Under the pieces are notes generated by a model. The model did no database searches. It had not been told where the DNA came from and was given only the letters and a program-made list of their open reading frames with translations. From positions 178,490-242,489 of the IMG/VR virus record IMGVR_UViG_3300028887_000068: 64,000 nt of DNA; one strand, 5' to 3'. Positions 57,439 through 64,000 of this stretch are shown here, one piece after another. The position numbers were made by a program, and so were the translations under genes. Numbering within the stretch: the stretch's first letter is position 1; every line of letters starts with the position of its first letter. This stretch comes from a virus. Taxonomy: Duplodnaviria > Heunggongvirae > Uroviricota > Caudoviricetes.

Positions 57439-59331
57439 ATGTCCGTTTCTTACATGCAACCTTCTCAGAAGATGGCTGCTTGCAATGACTCGTTCACCTC
57501 CACTCTTCGCGAAGTGGCTGAAGAATTCAGCGCAAGCAATGTTAACATCTTCAACGCCGATGACTTCAAAGACGTCTTGGGCGATGATGGCCTCTTTGGT
57601 CGTTATTCTGAAATGCTCGCTGCTGGCCTTGATGAAGCCGAAGCAGAACAGTTCAAGACTATTGCACAGTCTTCTCGTATTGAAGCTCTCGAAGCTGCCT
57701 CCCTTGGTACAGTTGCTCCGATGTCCTTCCTCCAGACCCCGATGCTCCGTAAGTCTTGGGCTCGTACGGCTATGAACAAGGCTATCCCGACGGAAGCTGT
57801 TGAAAAGCCGAAGTTCACCATTAACTACCTCCATCCGTGGCTCAAGGATCTTCAGGGCAACAAGCACTATGTGCCGGAAAACCTCATGGACATCGATACC
57901 GCTGTCTCTAAGGTTCGCCTTGCTGAAGATGTGAAGTTCTATTTCGGCGCAGGTAACTGCTTCTCCATGAATCTCCTCACTGGTCTTGATGTTGACGAAT
58001 TCGGCAACGACATTGCTAATTCTAAGAACTACAAGACTCCGACTGGCGGTACTGCGGATTCTACTCCGAAGTATGATGCAGCTATCGGCATGGTCAACCA
58101 TGAAAATGACGAAGTTGACGTGAACGTTTCTGTCATTACGGCTGGCTTCGATTCTTCGAAATATGTTGCCAATGCTGGTGTTCTCGTTAACGGTGTTTCG
58201 AGAAAGCTCTTGGCTCCGGCTTCCGGAACAGTCGCTCTTACTCTTAACGGCACCGCTCTCACCGATGCTGATCTCGTCAAGAACTGCAAGATCGAATGCG
58301 GCACCCGTCGTGGTGGCATCAAGGGTGTTGTGACCCTCGACGTTGAAGTTGATGCAGCTTGCATTGATTCTGGTGCAACTGGTACCGTCATCGTGACGCT
58401 CGTTGACGCTATCTACGGTGACGTTGATGTGAAGACTGGTCGTCTCACTCTCATGCAGCAGCATGGCAACCTCAAGTTTGTCATGATCAAGGCATTCGTG
58501 TCCTCTGTCATGAACAACAGCACTCTTCAGGTTGGCTTCGATATCCGCGACAAGGAAATCCACATCGGTACTGGTGAACACCTTGAAGCTCCGGTTCCGA
58601 ACGAATACATCACGGACTTGCTCCGTATGTTTACGCTCAACGGTGTTTCCAAGCTCGTGGAAATCCTCTCCAGCTTCCTCGCTCAGAAGATGGACTTGGA
58701 TGGCGTTAACTTCATGGATGAAGTTATTGATGACGCTATCGAACAGGCTCCGAATGGCGACTTCGTTCGTGCATTCTCTGCAAAGCCGGTGGGTAACTAC
58801 CAGCTGAACCCGGCAGAATGGCCCAAGATGCTTACCAAGGTGCTCGACCACCTCTCCATGAGCATCATCAACATGTACCATTACGAACAGGGTTACTTCG
58901 TTGCGGCTTGCAACCCGCTCGATGCAGCTCTCATTCCGGACATCAACTGGGTGTTCCACGGTAATGGTCAGTCCGAATATGCTGGCGTGAATGCTAACAT
59001 TGCCTTCGGTCAGTATCAGGGTATCAACTCTTGGAAGGTTGTCTCCTCTCCGAACATCCCGCAGGGCGCTATCCGCGTTCTCTTCATCCCGACTGTTCAG
59101 GATCAGATGACTTACAAGCTCTATACCTACAGCTTCATGCTCGAACAGGCTGGCTCTGGCTACAACAGCCCGAAGAACACTTACGTTCCGACCATCCTCA
59201 CCTCTCGTCGTTACGCCTATGTTGACGTGATGCCGGGCGCAGGTCGTGTGACGATCACGAACAACAGTGCAAACTTCTACAGTTTTGCAGGCGTGTCGCC
59301 TTATTTGCCGACTGAAACGTTCATCCACTAA
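57439..59331 (+). CDS. Major capsid protein (T4 gp23-like, with propeptide)
   Basis: 630 aa, extreme codon bias, C-terminal PTILTSRRYA, acidic leader ending ALE/A, late promoter 57325-57336, strong terminator. Confidence 0.8.
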   Translation: MSVSYMQPSQKMAACNDSFTSTLREVAEEFSASNVNIFNADDFKDVLGDDGLFGRYSEMLAAGLDEAEAEQFKTIAQSSRIEALEAASLGTVAPMSFLQTPMLRKSWARTAMNKAIPTEAVEKPKFTINYLHPWLKDLQGNKHYVPENLMDIDTAVSKVRLAEDVKFYFGAGNCFSMNLLTGLDVDEFGNDIANSKNYKTPTGGTADSTPKYDAAIGMVNHENDEVDVNVSVITAGFDSSKYVANAGVLVNGVSRKLLAPASGTVALTLNGTALTDADLVKNCKIECGTRRGGIKGVVTLDVEVDAACIDSGATGTVIVTLVDAIYGDVDVKTGRLTLMQQHGNLKFVMIKAFVSSVMNNSTLQVGFDIRDKEIHIGTGEHLEAPVPNEYITDLLRMFTLNGVSKLVEILSSFLAQKMDLDGVNFMDEVIDDAIEQAPNGDFVRAFSAKPVGNYQLNPAEWPKMLTKVLDHLSMSIINMYHYEQGYFVAACNPLDAALIPDINWVFHGNGQSEYAGVNANIAFGQYQGINSWKVVSSPNIPQGAIRVLFIPTVQDQMTYKLYTYSFMLEQAGSGYNSPKNTYVPTILTSRRYAYVDVMPGAGRVTITNNSANFYSFAGVSPYLPTETFIH

Positions 59332-59351
59332 TCTGGAAATGGGTTTTAAAT

Positions 59352-59905
59352 GGTCTAGACTTCGGTCTAGACCATTTTTATAACTCGCTAATGAAAGGAG
59401 ATTCTTCTATGAACACAACAGCTAATGAAAGTGTTATTTCCGAAATTTCTGACCTCTGGGAGCGTTACGAGGACTACATGGCTCCTAAGCTTAAGGAAGG
59501 TACAGATTCTATCATTGAAGAGCTTAAGAAAGCAAAGACAGCACCTGAAATTAATGCTATTGATGACCGTATCGATAAAGCCATCAATCAATGCACGAAG
59601 CTCTCTAATGCTCATGCCTATACTCTCGAACACCTAATCGTTGATATTAAGCAATGCCTCATTTTCCTTATCCCAGTCTTATGGCTTCCAAGTATCGTTG
59701 CCGCTATAATCAGTGACTTCTACAAGCATGGCCCGTTACTTAAAGAGAATCTGGACAAGTCGCTCTATTTCCGTATCGCTAAAACGGCTAAAGAGTGTCT
59801 TCCCAGACTCAAAAAAGCTAAGGCTGAAGCTACGGCTAAACTCGCCAAGGCTAGGGCACAAAAATAAAATAACCTTTACGGTCTAGACTTCGGTCTAGAC
59901 CATTT
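59352..59905. repeat. Two identical 26-bp UUCG terminator hairpins (59352-59377 and 59880-59905)
   Basis: ggtctagacttcggtctagaccattt occurs twice, flanking one gene. Confidence 0.9.
59409..59867 (+). CDS. Putative virion protein with a hydrophobic segment; start revised to MNTTANES
   Basis: Promoter AACTCGCTAATG at 59382-59393, SD aaggag. Confidence 0.6.
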   Translation: MNTTANESVISEISDLWERYEDYMAPKLKEGTDSIIEELKKAKTAPEINAIDDRIDKAINQCTKLSNAHAYTLEHLIVDIKQCLIFLIPVLWLPSIVAAIISDFYKHGPLLKENLDKSLYFRIAKTAKECLPRLKKAKAEATAKLAKARAQK

Positions 59906-59965
59906 CTTATACAAAAAAGAACAGGTATCTTGCGATGCCTGTTCTCTTCTTGTTTCTTGTTCTCG

Positions 59966-60259
59966 TTACTTCAGGGTCACACGCAACCACTTGAAAGAGA
60001 ATCCTTCGGGAAGGGTAGTAGAACCTTCCGGAAGTCTTCCTCCAGTGAGTTGTGCTACGATGACAGTATCGTCCTTGTTGAGCTTGACATTTTTGCGAAC
60101 GCAAGCAACGCCAAGGACATTGGCTGTATCATTATGACCGACGGCGCTATCAAAAGAACTAAGTTCTTCCTTGCTTGGTTCAGGGATCTCAGTGATCTCG
60201 ACCATTGCAGGGAATTCCCCAATCATTTGAAGGCTGAAAGCATTGCAGAGAAAAGTCAT
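59966..60259 (-). CDS. AcrIII-1/DUF1874-family cA4 ring nuclease (type III anti-CRISPR)
   Basis: FLCNAFSLQM..FP, SAVGH..TA, R..VKL..DD.V.VAQL..RLPEG match the DUF1874 pattern, including the catalytic GH. Confidence 0.82.
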   Translation of the reverse strand: MTFLCNAFSLQMIGEFPAMVEITEIPEPSKEELSSFDSAVGHNDTANVLGVACVRKNVKLNKDDTVIVAQLTGGRLPEGSTTLPEGFSFKWLRVTLK

Positions 60260-60314
60260 GTTTTTATCTCCTATAAGAGTGGTTAAGCTGGTCTACGGGC
60301 CAGAACGTTTATGA

Positions 60315-60764
60315 CTAAAAATCAAAGATAAGCTTGCCAAATCTCAGTTGAGCTTCCTCAACTGTGATTAATTCGTATCCTCTGCCATTACCCAAGCACA
60401 GTTCCTTTATTAGATCATCGGAACTGTTAATCTTAGCCGCTTCTTCCTCCTTTAGAAAGATATCAGTATGATTAATTTCGAGCTTATGCTCAGCTTGGTT
60501 TGTGCGTCTTTCGACGAATGTTCTGCAGAAGTTTACTCGAATATACGACACATCCTTGTCGAGGAAGTCGTATGCGGCGAGCTCTCTTTCGTTGGGCTTG
60601 CGAGGATTATAGAACACGCAACTAAGAGCGAGCGATACCGCCCACTTGTAACTGTACATGTCATCATACTCCTCTCCCTCCTTGAAGAGGGCAAGACCGA
60701 CGCCTCTTTTCTTTTCGTATTCATGATAGATTTTTTCAAGCTTTTCTACAATTTCTACTGTCAT
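60315..60764 (-). CDS. Hypothetical protein, paralog A
   Basis: KRGVGLALF..YKWAVSL..ELAAYDFL.KDVSY..CRTFVER..HKLEIN..NGRGYE..EAQLR.GKLIF. Confidence 0.75.
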   Translation of the reverse strand: MTVEIVEKLEKIYHEYEKKRGVGLALFKEGEEYDDMYSYKWAVSLALSCVFYNPRKPNERELAAYDFLDKDVSYIRVNFCRTFVERRTNQAEHKLEINHTDIFLKEEEAAKINSSDDLIKELCLGNGRGYELITVEEAQLRFGKLIFDF

Positions 60765-60872
60765 TTTTATCTCCTGTTTAATTATGGCACTTTTTAATAT
60801 ACCATCGGATCACAGAAATTTACAAAAAAGAAAGGGCATCTTGCGATACCCATTCTTTTGAACATATCTAGA

Positions 60873-61343
60873 TTAGCAAGCGAAGATGAGCTTTCCAATT
60901 CGCAATTGCGCTTCATCTGCGGTTAGTATTTCATACTCTCTGCCATTGCAAGAGCATAAAGCCTTTACAAGCTTTTCAATACTGTCAATCTCTTTGGCTT
61001 CTTTATCTGTCAAGAAAAGACAAACAGTGTTTATTTCAACCTTATGAATTGGTTGATTTGTCTGTCTTTCAACAAACGTTCTGCAAAGTGTTATCTTGAC
61101 ATAAGAAGTATCTTTGCATAAAAATGGATATGCCGCGAGTTCTCCTTCCGTTGGTTTAGAGACATTTTGCAGTATACTGCTAGATAGAGACATCGCCACT
61201 GCCCATCTGTAGTTGCGTATACCGTCATGTTCCTCATTCTCGGCGAAGAGCGCAAGACCAGTGCCACGTTTATTAATGAATTCGCGGATAAGGTCTGCTA
61301 GTTTAGACACAGTTTCACTTGCTGTTTTCTTGTTCATTGTCAT
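60873..61343 (-). CDS. Hypothetical protein, paralog B
   Basis: Colinear, full-length similarity to 60315-60764. Confidence 0.75.
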   Translation of the reverse strand: MTMNKKTASETVSKLADLIREFINKRGTGLALFAENEEHDGIRNYRWAVAMSLSSSILQNVSKPTEGELAAYPFLCKDTSYVKITLCRTFVERQTNQPIHKVEINTVCLFLTDKEAKEIDSIEKLVKALCSCNGREYEILTADEAQLRIGKLIFAC

Positions 61344-61395
61344 TTTTCTCCTTTAAAAAGAGAGTATGCTTTCGCATACCCTCCTATGAAATAGG

Positions 61396-61923
61396 CTAGA
61401 GAACGACACATTCACTAACATTGGTGACATGGCGTTTCCTGCCGTTGGGTAGATGACAGTATCCGCTAACGTGATACTGGTCATCGATTTTACCCACAAA
61501 TTTATAACCGTCTTTCTCGGCTACATATTCATCGCATCCCTTCTGAAAGAAGAAATTTTCTCTACAGCCATAATCAGCCGTGGAGATTAATTCAATCAGA
61601 TTATCTGCCGAGAAGCTGTTCTCACGAATTTTTGCAAACCCGTAAGTTAATTCTACCTTCCCGTTAGATAGGACTTCAACCTTGTCTACATGACGGCATA
61701 CAATACCGTCATAAGACTTGGTCTTTCGCATCGGTACGCCATTGATGCGAATATTGAGGGTCTTATATACCACGCCCTCTTCCTGACGACAGCTCATGCT
61801 ATCAGCGGTAATATTGGGTACCACCTCCAAGACTTCATGATCGCAGGATCTAAAGTCGTAGCATCCTTCTCCTGCCTGAAGTAATGCCGCCATAGCGAGA
61901 ATGAATAAAAGAATTTTCTTCAT
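61396..61923 (-). CDS. Secreted Cys-rich protein
   Basis: Signal peptide MKKILLFILAMAALLQA; 8 Cys in the mature region. Confidence 0.65.
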   Translation of the reverse strand: MKKILLFILAMAALLQAGEGCYDFRSCDHEVLEVVPNITADSMSCRQEEGVVYKTLNIRINGVPMRKTKSYDGIVCRHVDKVEVLSNGKVELTYGFAKIRENSFSADNLIELISTADYGCRENFFFQKGCDEYVAEKDGYKFVGKIDDQYHVSGYCHLPNGRKRHVTNVSECVVL

Positions 61924-62103
61924 CCTGTTGTTTTTGATGCTAGTAACGGAATTGTCACTAGGATGTGTCTCCTAATTATCACACCATCGTTTAATATAAT
62001 GTTAGACCCATTCTAAAATACGCTGCAATTTTTTTCTGTAAGTTTAAATAAAATAAAAAAAAAATAAAATATAAAAACTAAGCCTTAACTATAGGAGAAT
62101 CAA

Positions 62104-62418
62104 ATGTTACTAGAACTCAAAGCATCCCAAGCCAGACTAATCTCAGATACCAGCTTCTACAGATATGGAAAGACTCCGCATAGAGCTACTGTTCTTACAA
62201 TGGCTATCGCTTTCATTAGCGCAAAGATTTTCGAGCATGCTTCTAAGAAAGAGAAAGTATACTCTATTGAGCTGCCTAGGCTTTACATCTTAGAAGAAAA
62301 TCTCGAAAAGGAAGAACGTGAAGAAATGGTAAAAGAGCTTAAAGCATACTTTACAACCCTCGGTTACATGGTTACCGAAGATACAAATGGTTTTACATAT
62401 TTCCACTGGGAATTGTAG
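62104..62418 (+). CDS. Hypothetical protein
   Basis: 104 aa, SD aggag, downstream terminator. Confidence 0.65.
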   Translation: MLLELKASQARLISDTSFYRYGKTPHRATVLTMAIAFISAKIFEHASKKEKVYSIELPRLYILEENLEKEEREEMVKELKAYFTTLGYMVTEDTNGFTYFHWEL

Positions 62419-62468
62419 GATCATAGAAAAATATAAGAGGAGCGACTGTGTGTCGCTCTTCTTTTTTT

Positions 62469-62894
62469 TTATTCTGCAATGAGATCGTGGTCTGTGTTCT
62501 CCGATAGAACATTGGGCAGATCTCTCGTAACTTTGTACAAGAAGTTGAATCTCTTGCTGTACTCGAACAAGTCATCATCCGATGGGATATCATCCGGATT
62601 ATCCCCACGGTCTTTTAATCTTGCTTTGCTCTTAGGCGTAGTACAAAAGAGAATCACAAACATCGTATCACTAGCAGCTTTTACCTTTTCTCTGAACGCT
62701 TCGGCAAATGCCTGAAGCCTGTCAGGATTGTTAGCATCTTCTAACGAGATATAATTTTCGTCACTTACCTGGTCTGTGTACAATCCTTCGTCAATGATCG
62801 TACAATCAGGAAACATTTTCTTTAACATTTCAGCTCGGAAGGTCTTTCCAGTACCGGGAATACCGTCCAACTCTATCTTCTTAATTTGTTCCAT
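62469..62894 (-). CDS. Small P-loop NTPase/nucleotide kinase-like protein
   Basis: IELDGIPGTGKT, IIDEG, VILF..P..S.ARL..RG. Confidence 0.7.
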   Translation of the reverse strand: MEQIKKIELDGIPGTGKTFRAEMLKKMFPDCTIIDEGLYTDQVSDENYISLEDANNPDRLQAFAEAFREKVKAASDTMFVILFCTTPKSKARLKDRGDNPDDIPSDDDLFEYSKRFNFLYKVTRDLPNVLSENTDHDLIAE

Positions 62895-62981
62895 GTGTCT
62901 CCTTGGATAGAAGCTTATCTTAATATATGACTGTATATTAATCTATGCTTTAACCATAAATTTTTAAATCAAGGAGGTTTA

Positions 62982-63596
62982 ATGGCTGAAGAAAAAGTAG
63001 AAATCACTCTAGACAACATTGACAAAATCGTTGATGACCGTATTAACGAATGCTATGCAAAAGCTGAAGCTGGATCAGCCTTTGTTGCCAAACAGAGAGA
63101 AGAAATAGCAAAACGTTCTTTTGCAGTGGAGATCCCGAAGGAAGAACCCAAAGAAGAACCTAAGCCCAAACCGAAGGTTGTAGAACAGCCGAAGGTGGTT
63201 AATAGACGCAGCTATGAAGAGATATTTAAGAAGATCGCTACTAGCTTTGGCTTTAAAGTCCGTAAAGAAGAAGACGGCTTAGTCTCTGCTTACGACGATA
63301 CATTCTACTTTATAGCAGGCGATGGTTCTAAACGAAAGCTTGAACGAATTGCCGCACAACTTGGACATAACGGTCTAACCACTTGCTGTACCAGATTCGT
63401 CTCCGATCCAGAAGGTAAGATGATTATAGACAGATGTCCGAGACCAGTCGGCAATACATTGTTCGATCTTGACAAAGAGGAAGAAGCCTTAAAGGAAACT
63501 TTCGCAAAGCTCACTCTATCTCGTAAGAACGCTCTCTTAGGGTTTAAAGCTCCTAGAGAACGGAGTTCGCATGGTAGAATGGGCTGGTCTGGCTAA
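62982..63596 (+). CDS. Hypothetical protein
   Basis: 204 aa, SD aggaggt, TATATTAATCTATG promoter at 62934-62947. Confidence 0.7.
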   Translation: MAEEKVEITLDNIDKIVDDRINECYAKAEAGSAFVAKQREEIAKRSFAVEIPKEEPKEEPKPKPKVVEQPKVVNRRSYEEIFKKIATSFGFKVRKEEDGLVSAYDDTFYFIAGDGSKRKLERIAAQLGHNGLTTCCTRFVSDPEGKMIIDRCPRPVGNTLFDLDKEEEALKETFAKLTLSRKNALLGFKAPRERSSHGRMGWSG

Positions 63597-63690
63597 TAAC
63601 TTTATGGAATGATATTATTCTATGAATCCGGGGATAGTGTCATTCTTTTAACCACAAACGGATTCAACAATCACAACAAAAGGAAACCTA

Positions 63691-64000
63691 ATGGAACTTA
63701 CTCCAATGCTTATTGTAGGACTGGCAGTTGCTGCGCTCGTCTTGCTTCTTTTAATTATCTTCCTGGCTGGATATGTTAAGGCTCCGCCTAACACGGCTTT
63801 TGTCATCTCTGGTATCCGCAAGGAACCGCGATTCCTCGTTGGTCGTGCTGGCTTGTGCATCCCGTTCCTTGAACAGAAAAACTCTCTTACTTTGTCTGTT
63901 GTTACGATCGACGTTAATACAACGGAAGCTATTCCCACAGCCGACTGTATTAAGGTTCAGGTTGACGCTAATGTGAACGTCCAAGTTGACACAGAAGAAG
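63691..64000 (+). CDS. Flotillin/SPFH-domain membrane protein (truncated by the window edge; not in the ORF track)
   Basis: TM helix then GYVKAPPNTAFVISG..VGRAGLCIPFLEQ..L.LS..TIDV.T..IPTAD.I.V.VDA. Confidence 0.85.
   Translation, partial: MELTPMLIVGLAVAALVLLLLIIFLAGYVKAPPNTAFVISGIRKEPRFLVGRAGLCIPFLEQKNSLTLSVVTIDVNTTEAIPTADCIKVQVDANVNVQVDTEE

Noticed and set aside
57379-59328. 649-aa antisense ORF over the capsid gene, and the many other shadow ORFs
   Set aside because: Same codon-bias artefact
1-64000. tRNA/rRNA genes, CRISPR arrays, inteins, nucleus shell (ChmA) or PhuZ tubulin
   Set aside because: None was recognised by eye and the intergenic gaps are mostly too short; absence in this window says nothing about the rest of the genome

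Overview
This is a 64-kb segment of a large myovirus (jumbo phage) of the phiKZ/AR9-PBS1 type, densely coding in the standard genetic code. Virion genes recognised: major capsid, prohead protease, terminase large subunit, neck protein, tail sheath with a large insert, baseplate wedge and hub, and two receptor-binding proteins. Replication/recombination genes: SbcD/SbcC, an SF2 helicase, RusA, and the N-terminal half of a split family-B DNA polymerase interrupted by a group I intron carrying an HNH-AP2 endonuclease. Four split multisubunit RNA polymerase genes must belong to two enzymes, because the beta C-terminus and the beta' C-terminus each occur twice. Reading the intergenic DNA reveals two promoter-like classes: AACT-N6-T(G/A) (>20 copies, mostly before structural genes) and TATAT(T/A)A-N5-(T/A/G)(G/A) (about 11 copies, before accessory genes and the larger RNAP subunits). 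There are also RBS-sequestering hairpins overlapping promoters, a candidate leaderless intron ORF, and an AcrIII-1 (DUF1874) ring-nuclease anti-CRISPR. All calls come from motif recognition by eye; no searches were run. The host is not determined.
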